Shown here piece after piece: positions 17,052 through 25,204 of a stretch of DNA of 32,000 nt. The notes beneath the pieces are model-generated. The model saw nothing but the letters and a program-made list of their open reading frames with translations. It made no database searches and was not told the DNA's origin. Numbering within the stretch: the stretch's first letter is position 1; the number at the start of each line of letters is the position of its first letter. Source of the DNA: Clostridium sp. 'White wine YQ' (GTDB taxonomy: Bacteria > Bacillota > Clostridia > Clostridiales > Clostridiaceae); assembly GCF_028728205.1 (NCBI RefSeq), contig NZ_JAQYUU010000001.1, positions 1,626,082 through 1,658,081 of the forward strand, written 5' to 3'. A program made the position numbers and the translations under genes.

Positions 17052-19043
17052 TTAATTAGCAAATTGACTCTCATGTTTCTCAAAGAAATCTTCTCTTGTT
17101 TCTAAATATTTTAATCTATGCTTAGTTGTCTCGTCAATAAATTTGTATATTGGTTCGAAAATATAATCCCAACTCCAAAGTTTGTTATTTACATTCAAAT
17201 ATTCTCTAAGTAGTTCTGAACTATTAGGAGCTATAGGATGGATTAAAGTAAGTGTCGTTCTTACTGCATGGAAAGCATCTATTAACACTTGTTTACGAAG
17301 TTTTTCATCTCCACTTGTTTCTGCTATCCTCATATTATTTACCCAATACTTATTCATTTTACGAATATAACTATCTAAAACATAAGTTACACTGTGGAAT
17401 TCATGATTATACATATATCTTTCATAAGTTAAAATAGCATCCCTAGATTCATCTAATATCTCCTTGCTTATTTCTCCAACTGGTATATTACTTTCATAAT
17501 ATTTTTGTGCTGTATAGAAACATGAACGAGCTAACCTATTAAATACATTGGTTAATAAATTACCATCCTTTAAAACTGTATCTGGGCCTTGCTTATCCTC
17601 TTCTTTCATAAATGCTTGAGGCATGAAACTTACACTTTTCTTTACCAATCCAAGACTTAGAAAATGCATTCGTAATTGCTCAGCTGTATAATGATTTAAT
17701 AGCTCTCTTGCCATAGGTGGCTTAACTTTACCGCTGCTACTTGCTTTCTTATCCATAAATAACAAATGATTATTTGCTATTAAATGAGGAAGATTTACAT
17801 TTTCCCATTCTACTTTATCCGAACTATTTATTCCTAATAAAGCCAGTGCCATAGCCATTTCTGCATTTCCATAGAAGTAAATATTGTCTTCACCTATAAA
17901 TTGATATACCTTTGAATCCTTTGAAATCCAAAAATTCTTCCATGAGTCTTTATCTTTCCCAATAGACTCAAGATAAGTTTTTGTAAAAGAAATAGGTGCC
18001 CATAAAGATTCTGGCCATACCCAGAAGGTTAAATCCTTTAAATCTTCTTTTTCTGGTACTTCTATGCCCCATTCAACATTTCCTGATAATCTAAATGGTA
18101 CTAAGGTTTTGCCGGTTCTAAATCTAATTCCTAGTTTATCAAATACTTCTCTTGCCTTATCTCTATCATTTAAATTATCAAATACAAATGAAATAGAAGG
18201 TTTTTTGGGTTCATCAATTATTGTGTGTTTTGGTAGCTTATCTTCAAGATCTGATATTCCTTCTAACAGCTTACGTTTTACATAAATAATTGGTGGTTTT
18301 AAAAACTCTTCAATTGTATTTAATAAATACTTACGCCAGTTTGAATTGTTTCTTAAATAATTAACATCTTCATTTAATAGATTATTATATTCATCTAACT
18401 TAAAATACCAATTAGTAACATCCTTTAATTCAGGCGTTTTCCCTGATAATATACTTTTAGGATCTATAAGTTCACTAGGCATATATTGATGTCCTAAATC
18501 ACATTCATCTGCATATCCTTTTTCTGAAGCACATCCTTCAATTGGACACTTACCTACAACTTGTCGTCCATTTAATAAAACCTTTTTATCTGGATCATAA
18601 AATTGCGGTGATGATAATTTAACTAAATATCCACCTTCGTATAGTTTGTTAAATATATTCTCTGATACTTCCTTGTGAATTTCTCCTGCTCTGTCTAGAG
18701 CTGAAGCGCCATATAAATTAAGGCTCATTTCATATTTATCTAATACTTCTTTTTGTTTTTCATGATTTTCTCTAACGTAGTCTTCTATAGTTCCGCTATA
18801 TTCCCCTTCATCTACTATCTTTCTATAACTTGCTAATATAGGAGAACCATAGCAATCTGTTCCAGATACAAATATAACATTTTCAGAACCTATTCTATCT
18901 CTTAAAAATCTTGCAAATGTATCAGCGTGTACAAATACGCCTCCTACATGTCCAAAATGTAATTCTTTATTTCCATAGGGCATACCTGAAGTTATTACTG
19001 CTTTCTTAGGGAATACTGGTCTTTCTATTTTTCTATCTTCCAT
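17052..19043 (-). CDS. Class I aminoacyl-tRNA synthetase, MetRS family paralogue (divergent motifs, no C-terminal tRNA-binding domain)
   Basis: MetRS-like blocks: PYGNKELHFGH (HIGH), GTDCYGSPI, zinc knuckle CPIEGC...ECDLGH, SELIDPKSILSGKTPE. The KMSKS position reads KASSS. The ATG at 19043 lies 8 nt after GGAG; the ORF-track start at 19052 is a GTG inside the RBS. Confidence 0.8.
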   Translation of the reverse strand: MEDRKIERPVFPKKAVITSGMPYGNKELHFGHVGGVFVHADTFARFLRDRIGSENVIFVSGTDCYGSPILASYRKIVDEGEYSGTIEDYVRENHEKQKEVLDKYEMSLNLYGASALDRAGEIHKEVSENIFNKLYEGGYLVKLSSPQFYDPDKKVLLNGRQVVGKCPIEGCASEKGYADECDLGHQYMPSELIDPKSILSGKTPELKDVTNWYFKLDEYNNLLNEDVNYLRNNSNWRKYLLNTIEEFLKPPIIYVKRKLLEGISDLEDKLPKHTIIDEPKKPSISFVFDNLNDRDKAREVFDKLGIRFRTGKTLVPFRLSGNVEWGIEVPEKEDLKDLTFWVWPESLWAPISFTKTYLESIGKDKDSWKNFWISKDSKVYQFIGEDNIYFYGNAEMAMALALLGINSSDKVEWENVNLPHLIANNHLLFMDKKASSSGKVKPPMARELLNHYTAEQLRMHFLSLGLVKKSVSFMPQAFMKEEDKQGPDTVLKDGNLLTNVFNRLARSCFYTAQKYYESNIPVGEISKEILDESRDAILTYERYMYNHEFHSVTYVLDSYIRKMNKYWVNNMRIAETSGDEKLRKQVLIDAFHAVRTTLTLIHPIAPNSSELLREYLNVNNKLWSWDYIFEPIYKFIDETTKHRLKYLETREDFFEKHESQFAN

Positions 19044-19116
19044 AATAAACACTCCTTAAAATAATAATTAGTTTATCTTTCAAAAATGAATTTATGTTAT
19101 AAATGAAAAAAGCGAT

Positions 19117-19390
19117 AAAAAAACACCTCCTACAATAAATTTTTGTAGGGGCGAATCTATCGCGGTACCACCCTATTTTATTAGTATGTCGCCATACTAA
19201 CCTTATCAAGTACAAATATACTCTAGTTCTGTAACGTGAACAAACGTCATATCATCACTTATCTTTAAATAAGATCCGTATGCAGCTCCGAGCCTTGTTT
19301 CATTAAAATATCCACCATTCCCTCTCAGCAAAATAGGAACTCTCTGTAAGTTTCAATAATAACTACTCTTCTCTTCATAGCCTTTATTTT
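19117..19390 (-). promoter_or_regulatory. T-box riboswitch leader (tRNA-sensing transcription attenuator)
   Basis: Minus strand: Stem I elements GAAGAGAAGAGTA and CAGAGAG. Stem III hairpin TTAGTATG-gcga-CATACTAA. T-box AATAGGGTGGTACCGCGATAG (core at 19161-19173). Terminator CCCCTACAA / TTGTAGGAGG followed by T7 (19117-19153). Confidence 0.85.
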
Positions 19391-19395
19391 TATAA

Positions 19396-19424
19396 AGTAT
19401 AATAAATGGAAAGAACTTTGTCAA
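19396..19424 (-). promoter_or_regulatory. Sigma-A promoter of the T-box leader
   Basis: Minus strand: TTGACA (19424-19419), 17-nt spacer, TATACT (19401-19396). Confidence 0.6.
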
Positions 19425-19442
19425 GGGGTATTAAAGTCTGAA

Positions 19443-20087
19443 TTACTTATATTGAAGAACAGCAATACCTTCATGTTCTTTAATATTCTCTTTATTTACA
19501 TTAAGTTCAGCATATTCATGTGACTTAAGCCCAGAAACTTTAATAAACTTATCAACTTTTGCAAATACAAGCCCTAGTATTCCTAATGCCTTTGTTCTAT
19601 AATGCATTGGTATAATAACTGTTGGATTTAGTTGCTTCCTTACTTTATTTGCATTTGAAGCATCTATTGTAAATCCACCACCTACAGGAAGTAATAGAAT
19701 ATCCACTTTGCCTATTTCTTTTACTTGCTCTTCTGATAAAATATGTCCAAGATCTCCGCAATGACATACATTTAACCCATCTATTTCAAAATTGTATATT
19801 GTATTTTTTCCCTTCTTAGCTCCTGATTCATTATCGTGAAAAGTTTCCACTCCTTTAATTTTTATACCTTTTTCATTAAAAGCCCCCAACTTATTAATAA
19901 GTACAAAACTACTCTTTACTGCATCAACATTGTTATGATCTTTGTGTTCATGACTTGTAGATACTATATCTGCTTCAATTTCAGGTAATTCATACCCTAA
20001 CATTTTATTAAACGGATCCATAAGTACCTTAGTTCCATTCTCCGAAGTTATCATAAAACACGCCTGTCCAAACCATTCAATTTTCAT
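19443..20087 (-). CDS. MBL-fold metallo-hydrolase (UPF0173-like)
   Basis: HxHxDH-type motif SHEHKDHNN. Family-typical N-terminus MKIEWFGQACFMI. Confidence 0.85.
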   Translation of the reverse strand: MKIEWFGQACFMITSENGTKVLMDPFNKMLGYELPEIEADIVSTSHEHKDHNNVDAVKSSFVLINKLGAFNEKGIKIKGVETFHDNESGAKKGKNTIYNFEIDGLNVCHCGDLGHILSEEQVKEIGKVDILLLPVGGGFTIDASNANKVRKQLNPTVIIPMHYRTKALGILGLVFAKVDKFIKVSGLKSHEYAELNVNKENIKEHEGIAVLQYK

Positions 20088-20141
20088 ATTAAATCTCCAA
20101 TCTTTCTATTTCATATAAATTTATTATATTTTATATTATTA

Positions 20142-21332
20142 CTAATTTAAATCAAGCTTTTTATACACCTTTAAATATACTAATACTGCATTAATAAATA
20201 ACAGTGCACTTGTAATAAAGAAAACATATTTGAAACTAAACCACGCTGCAATTTGTCCTCCTAGAACTGCACCTGCAAATGCTCCTAAATATCCTGCTGC
20301 TGTAGTAAACCCAAATACTCTACCAGTAAGAGATGTTGGAGTTATTTTTTTCACCAGTATATTCACAGAAGGTATAAGCCCAGCCGCTGTTAATCCAAAT
20401 AAGAAACGTAATATCATTAATTGCCATGGATTTTTTACAAATGCTTGAGGTATAAAAATAATCCCTGCAGCAATTAATGCAACCAGTATAACTTTATGAG
20501 CACCTATTTTGTCTGAAAGTTTCCCAAGCTTTGGAGCAGCTATTATATTTGCTAGACCAGAAGCTGAAAAGGTAATACCTGCAAGTAATGCAATATGATT
20601 AGCATTCTTAGATAACTCTGAAATATAAACTGTAATAATTGGTTCAACGGTATATAGCGCTATTGTTAAAATAAGAAAGGTTATGAACATAGTTATAGTT
20701 AATCCCTTTTCAGGTACGCTATTCCATACTTCCTTTATGCTAAGAGGCTTTTTATCTTCAGGATTAAATGACTCCTTTACAAAAAATAAAGTTGTAATAA
20801 ATGCAATAAATAGTAATGTTCCAGTTATAAAAAATACACTTTTAAATCCTATATAATCGCTAATAAATCCACCAATAGTTGGTCCTAAAAGCGATCCTGC
20901 TATATTTGCTGTAGAAAGTGTACCTAAAGCATACCCTGCATGTGCTTCTTCTGTCTGGGTAGCTATTAATGTAGTGCAGGCAGTACTATATCCTGTAATT
21001 GCTCCTTGCAATAGCCTTAATCCTATAAGTACATAGACATTTGGTGCAAAACCCATTAATCCAACAATTATAGCCATACCAAGACTTGCTCTAAGTAACA
21101 TTGGCTTCCTACCATACCTATCAGCTGCTTGTCCCCAAATTGGTGAGAAAATAGCTGATATTACATAAGTAACTCCAAATGCAATTCCTGATAATTGTGT
21201 AATTGAATTTGTATTTCCTACTCCAAGATGTTTTATATAAAGTGGTAGTATAGGCGCAATCTGACTCATCCCTATTCCAGTTACAAACATTCCAAACCAG
21301 CAAACCATTAAGTTTCTTTTCCATAATTCCAT
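20142..21332 (-). CDS. MFS multidrug-type efflux transporter
   Basis: 12 transmembrane helices. MFS motif A GQAADRYGRKPML. Confidence 0.9.
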   Translation of the reverse strand: MELWKRNLMVCWFGMFVTGIGMSQIAPILPLYIKHLGVGNTNSITQLSGIAFGVTYVISAIFSPIWGQAADRYGRKPMLLRASLGMAIIVGLMGFAPNVYVLIGLRLLQGAITGYSTACTTLIATQTEEAHAGYALGTLSTANIAGSLLGPTIGGFISDYIGFKSVFFITGTLLFIAFITTLFFVKESFNPEDKKPLSIKEVWNSVPEKGLTITMFITFLILTIALYTVEPIITVYISELSKNANHIALLAGITFSASGLANIIAAPKLGKLSDKIGAHKVILVALIAAGIIFIPQAFVKNPWQLMILRFLFGLTAAGLIPSVNILVKKITPTSLTGRVFGFTTAAGYLGAFAGAVLGGQIAAWFSFKYVFFITSALLFINAVLVYLKVYKKLDLN

Positions 21333-21392
21333 AATATTTCATCTCCATTAAATAAATCAAAGTCAGAATATATTCCTTCTGAAAATAATAAT

Positions 21393-21433
21393 AAACTATA
21401 TTTTATAGTTTGTAAACTATTATTTATAGTTTG
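21393..21433. promoter_or_regulatory. Two tandem 20-bp palindromic boxes AAACTAT-N5-ATAGTTTG (candidate TetR operators)
   Basis: 21393-21412 AAACTATATTTTATAGTTTG and 21414-21433 AAACTATTATTTATAGTTTG. Located in the divergent MFS / TetR intergenic region. Confidence 0.6.
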
Positions 21434-21495
21434 ATTAATACATTATATAATGTTAAACTATTCCTATACTTTGAAATTACAAGGAGAGATAGGGT

Positions 21496-22068
21496 ATGCA
21501 GAAACGTAATTTAACCAAAGAGAAAATAATAGAAGTTTCCTTCTCATTAGCTGATGAGATTGGTCTTAGTAAAGTTACTTTTCCTAAAATTGCTGAGAAA
21601 TTGGGTATAAAATATCCTTCATTATATAATCATTTTACTAATATGGATGATCTTAAAACAAAAATGACCATATATCTTTTAAAAAAATTTAATATTACAT
21701 TAATGCAAAAATTAATTGGGAGAAGTGGCGAAGATGCCATTAGGGAATTTGCTAATTCATATAGGGATTTTGCCCTGAAAAATAAAACTGCCTATTGGCT
21801 TTTTACAAATATACCAGAGACTAGAGATGAAGAAGTTATAAATTTAGCTAACGAAACTAAGAATATAGTCCATCAAATTTTAAGCTATTACGTTAAAGAC
21901 GATGAGCTTCAAGTTCATAAAAGTAGAATATTAAGAAGCCTGCTACACGGTTTCGTTACACTACATTCAGTAGGATATTTGCAAGGACCAGTTAGCATTG
22001 AAGAAAGCTTTAAGATTATGATTGATGATTTTATTTTATCTATACAAGTGAATAATATAAATAGGTAG
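21496..22068 (+). CDS. TetR/AcrR family transcriptional regulator
   Basis: HTH FPKIAEKLGIKYPSLYNHF. RBS AAGGAGAG upstream. Confidence 0.9.
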   Translation: MQKRNLTKEKIIEVSFSLADEIGLSKVTFPKIAEKLGIKYPSLYNHFTNMDDLKTKMTIYLLKKFNITLMQKLIGRSGEDAIREFANSYRDFALKNKTAYWLFTNIPETRDEEVINLANETKNIVHQILSYYVKDDELQVHKSRILRSLLHGFVTLHSVGYLQGPVSIEESFKIMIDDFILSIQVNNINR

Positions 22069-22100
22069 TGCAATATTAATTTGACTACCTAAAAATGAAT

Positions 22101-22135
22101 TAAGGCTGCATTATAAACTATATAATGCAGCCTTA
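22101..22135. terminator. 15-bp perfect hairpin between convergent genes
   Basis: TAAGGCTGCATTATA / TATAATGCAGCCTTA with a 5-nt loop. U-tracts are weak on both sides. Confidence 0.55.
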
Positions 22136-22153
22136 ATAACTTAATTTACATAT

Positions 22154-22633
22154 TTAAAATGCTTTTTTATCTTCGTATATTTTAGGGCTAGACTTACCTA
22201 TCTTTTCAAGTAAATCTTTGATTGTTGTAAATGCCTCCGAAAGCTTAACAATCTCACCCACTTCTAATACACTTAGTTTCTCTAATAATATACTCTCCAT
22301 AATTTCAATAGACTTTCCAACTAAAGCTAGTCCCTTTTCAGTAAGTTTAATATGTGTAATTCTTCTATCGGCCTTATCTTTAATTTTAACTATATAGCCC
22401 AAATCGCTCAATTGTTGTAAACATCTACTAGTATTCGGAACTGTAATTGATAATCTCTTGTTTAAAATAGACGGAGTTATATCTTGAGAATTGTATATTT
22501 CAATAAGGGCCCTTGATAATAGTGGGCTGAGTCCTGAAACCCAGTATGGAAATAAATCTAGAACTTCCTTTTGAAATATTGTATGAAAATTAACTATTGT
22601 ATTTATTGCTTCTTTCCTTTCAACCTCACTCAT
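22154..22633 (-). CDS. MarR family transcriptional regulator, third gene of the motA-motB operon
   Basis: LQQLSDLGYIVKIKDKADRRITHIKLTEKG. The ATG at 22633 lies 6 nt after GGAGG (22644-22640) and 19 nt after the motB stop. The ORF-track start at 22672 would overlap motB. Confidence 0.8.
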   Translation of the reverse strand: MSEVERKEAINTIVNFHTIFQKEVLDLFPYWVSGLSPLLSRALIEIYNSQDITPSILNKRLSITVPNTSRCLQQLSDLGYIVKIKDKADRRITHIKLTEKGLALVGKSIEIMESILLEKLSVLEVGEIVKLSEAFTTIKDLLEKIGKSSPKIYEDKKAF

Positions 22634-22652
22634 ATATTTCCTCCATAAATAA

Positions 22653-23381
22653 CTATTCTGATTTTTTATCATTTAGCGCATATTTACGGACTACTAGTAT
22701 GTCTATGCTTCGATTTTTAGCCCTTCCTTCGGCTGTGGAATTGTCATATTTAGGTCTGTATTCACCATCTGCCTCAATTGAAAATTTCTCAGGTGCAACA
22801 TTACCTCTATTAACGAAAAATTCCATAACATTTGAGGCACGCATATAACTTAAGTCCCAATTTGAACGGAACTTTGCATTCTTTATCGGTATATTATCAG
22901 TATGTCCACTAATTCTTATCTCATTATCTAAGTCTTTTATCATACTTGATATTTGTAAAAGCACTGGATTAAATTTTTCTATTACATCCGCTTCACCTGA
23001 ATTGAAAAGAACAGTATCTTGAATGTTAATACTTAATCCTTCTGCACCAAGATTCACTTTTACTTGATTATCATATCCATTGCTTTTAATTTCTTCATCT
23101 AAGGCTGCTTTAATATCAGCCATCTTGTCTTGTTCCATTATACTATTTGTTACTTCAGCTGTCCCAGGAGTATCTCCGCCACTTTCCACCAAGACACCTT
23201 TACCACCAGCAAAAATTGCATTGAAGGTTTGACTTACTCTTGCGAGTTTTTTGTTATCTACTTGACTCATTGCAAACATTACTATGAAAAGTGCCAATAG
23301 AAGTGTCAGCATGTCCGAATATGGAAGAAGCCAGGTTTCATCAACATGTTCTTCATGATGTTCTTTTTTACGTTTCATCAT
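22653..23381 (-). CDS. motB: Flagellar motor stator protein MotB/MotS (OmpA-like C-terminal domain)
   Basis: WLLPYSDMLTLLLALFIVMF, with the conserved channel Asp. C-terminus GHTDNIP...FRSNWDLSYMRASNV. Confidence 0.9.
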   Translation of the reverse strand: MMKRKKEHHEEHVDETWLLPYSDMLTLLLALFIVMFAMSQVDNKKLARVSQTFNAIFAGGKGVLVESGGDTPGTAEVTNSIMEQDKMADIKAALDEEIKSNGYDNQVKVNLGAEGLSINIQDTVLFNSGEADVIEKFNPVLLQISSMIKDLDNEIRISGHTDNIPIKNAKFRSNWDLSYMRASNVMEFFVNRGNVAPEKFSIEADGEYRPKYDNSTAEGRAKNRSIDILVVRKYALNDKKSE

Positions 23382-23395
23382 TGGCCTCCTCTCAA

Positions 23396-24187
23396 TTAAT
23401 TTTCAGTAGTGCTACTACCTTCTTCAAGTCTTTTTCTTTCTTTTGGACTCAACATACTTGCTAATTTTTGTTCAATTGCCTTTGGATTTATACCTTCTTG
23501 TATAGATAAAATACCCTCTAGCATTAATTCCATATTACTTACTTCTACTGTTGACTTTCTTTTAAGTCTTGAAGCAAATGGATGCCAAATAACGTAACCA
23601 AAGAAAATACCGTAAAGTGTCGCAACGAAAGCTGAAGCTATCGATTCTCCAAGTTTTTCAGTATCATTTAGGTTTCCTAGTGCACCTATTAATCCTATAA
23701 CTGCACCTAAAACTCCAAGAGTAGGAGACGTTCCTCCTGCTGTAGTAAACATGGAAGCTCCGACTCTATGTCTTTCTTCCAAAGCTTGAATTTCACCTTC
23801 AAGGACTTGTCTACAAATATCAGGTTCAACACCATCAACTACCATCTCTAAACCCCTTTTCATGAAACCTGCTTCCATCTCTTGAATTTTAGTCTCTAGA
23901 GATAGTAATCCATTTCTACGAGTTTCTTGCGCTAAATTGATTATTAGGTTTATGATGTCTATTGGATCTTGCTTTACTTTATTACTAAAAAGAGCTCCAA
24001 ATAGCTTTGGCATATTTAAGAATTCTTTTGAAGTATAAGCATTCATTACTGCAGCCATAGTACCTACAAGTATAACTATTACTGCTTCTCCATTTACTAG
24101 TATAGCTACACTAGCACCTTTTAAAAGTAATCCTGTCAGAACCGCAAAAAACCCAACAACAATACCAATCAATAGAAATATGTCCAT
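23396..24187 (-). CDS. motA: Flagellar motor stator protein MotA/MotP
   Basis: 263 aa, 4 transmembrane helices. Conserved C-terminal channel region GGTSPTLGVLGAVIGLI...AFVATLYGIFFGYVIWHPFA. 14 nt upstream of motB. Confidence 0.9.
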   Translation of the reverse strand: MDIFLLIGIVVGFFAVLTGLLLKGASVAILVNGEAVIVILVGTMAAVMNAYTSKEFLNMPKLFGALFSNKVKQDPIDIINLIINLAQETRRNGLLSLETKIQEMEAGFMKRGLEMVVDGVEPDICRQVLEGEIQALEERHRVGASMFTTAGGTSPTLGVLGAVIGLIGALGNLNDTEKLGESIASAFVATLYGIFFGYVIWHPFASRLKRKSTVEVSNMELMLEGILSIQEGINPKAIEQKLASMLSPKERKRLEEGSSTTEN

Positions 24188-24538
24188 CTTCTCACCCCTT
24201 CAGTATTTATGTATTTTTCAAACCCGAAATTTGTATATTTTAGTACAAATTTGTTGATTTATGATATAGATATCTTACCATAATATATATCGTATGAAAA
24301 GTATCTTTCGATAGATTTAACTACAAATTAATTTTTTCCAACCCATGAATAATTCTCTAAGAGACAGGGATTAATCACGCTTTATGCTATTTCACAATTA
24401 ACAAAAATAATTAAATTGTTACCATTTTGTGTAAGTGTTTATCTGTGCTTAACATTTATTAATTAATGACTAAATAATCTTAAACATAAAAAAGCCTGGA
24501 TAAACATTATTTACCCAGACGTTCAATACAATTCAAAA

Positions 24539-25204
24539 TCATATTTTTGTATTTTCTGCTTTAATAGAATTTATGATCATCTCTAATACAGACGAAGAAA
24601 TATCATCAAACGTAATATCATCATTATTTTCAGGCAATTTAGTATAGCTCATTCTTTGCAGGATTCCCATTATTGTTTGAAATATATAGTAACCAGTTCT
24701 AGTTGGATTTATATCTTTTCTTAGTGTTCCATCACTTATTCCTTTATTAATTGCTGAATTCAGAAAATACTTTTGGCTTTCCTTACTCACAAAATTCACA
24801 TATTTGTTTTTAAGTTCTTCATCTGAATCATAGGAATCATAATAAAGGTCAAATAAAACAATAAATTTCATGTGCTCTCTATGCTCTTTTGCAAATTCAA
24901 TCCATGCATTAAGTATTAATTTAAGTCTTTCCAATCCACTAACATCACTATCATCTCTAACAACTATATATTCCATCATATTATCCAAAACATTCATTTG
25001 CACTTCAAATATTAATTCATCTATGGATTTAAAATGTTTATAAAAAGTAACTCTGCTTACTCCTGCTAAGTTACAAACATCCTTCACGCTAACATTAAAA
25101 AAATTATTTTCTAGAAATAAGTCTCTTGCTGCTGAAATAATCTCAACTCGATTTTTACTTTTTAAATTCTCATGCCATGAATCACTCATTTTATATAACC
25201 TCAT
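24539..25204 (-). CDS. TetR/AcrR family transcriptional regulator
   Basis: HTH VKDVCNLAGVSRVTFYKHF. Overlaps the upstream MFS gene by 14 nt. Confidence 0.85.
   Translation of the reverse strand: MRLYKMSDSWHENLKSKNRVEIISAARDLFLENNFFNVSVKDVCNLAGVSRVTFYKHFKSIDELIFEVQMNVLDNMMEYIVVRDDSDVSGLERLKLILNAWIEFAKEHREHMKFIVLFDLYYDSYDSDEELKNKYVNFVSKESQKYFLNSAINKGISDGTLRKDINPTRTGYYIFQTIMGILQRMSYTKLPENNDDITFDDISSSVLEMIINSIKAENTKI

Noticed and set aside
19033-19215. 60-aa minus-strand ORF upstream of the MetRS-like gene
   Set aside because: It lies entirely within the T-box leader and spans its terminator and T-box sequence. It is explained by the RNA element.
24280-24335. SigD (sigma-28) type promoter upstream of motA
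   Set aside because: A CCGATAT-like -10 (ACGATAT) exists on the minus strand, but the nearest TAAA is 22 nt upstream instead of about 15 nt. That is not good enough to call.
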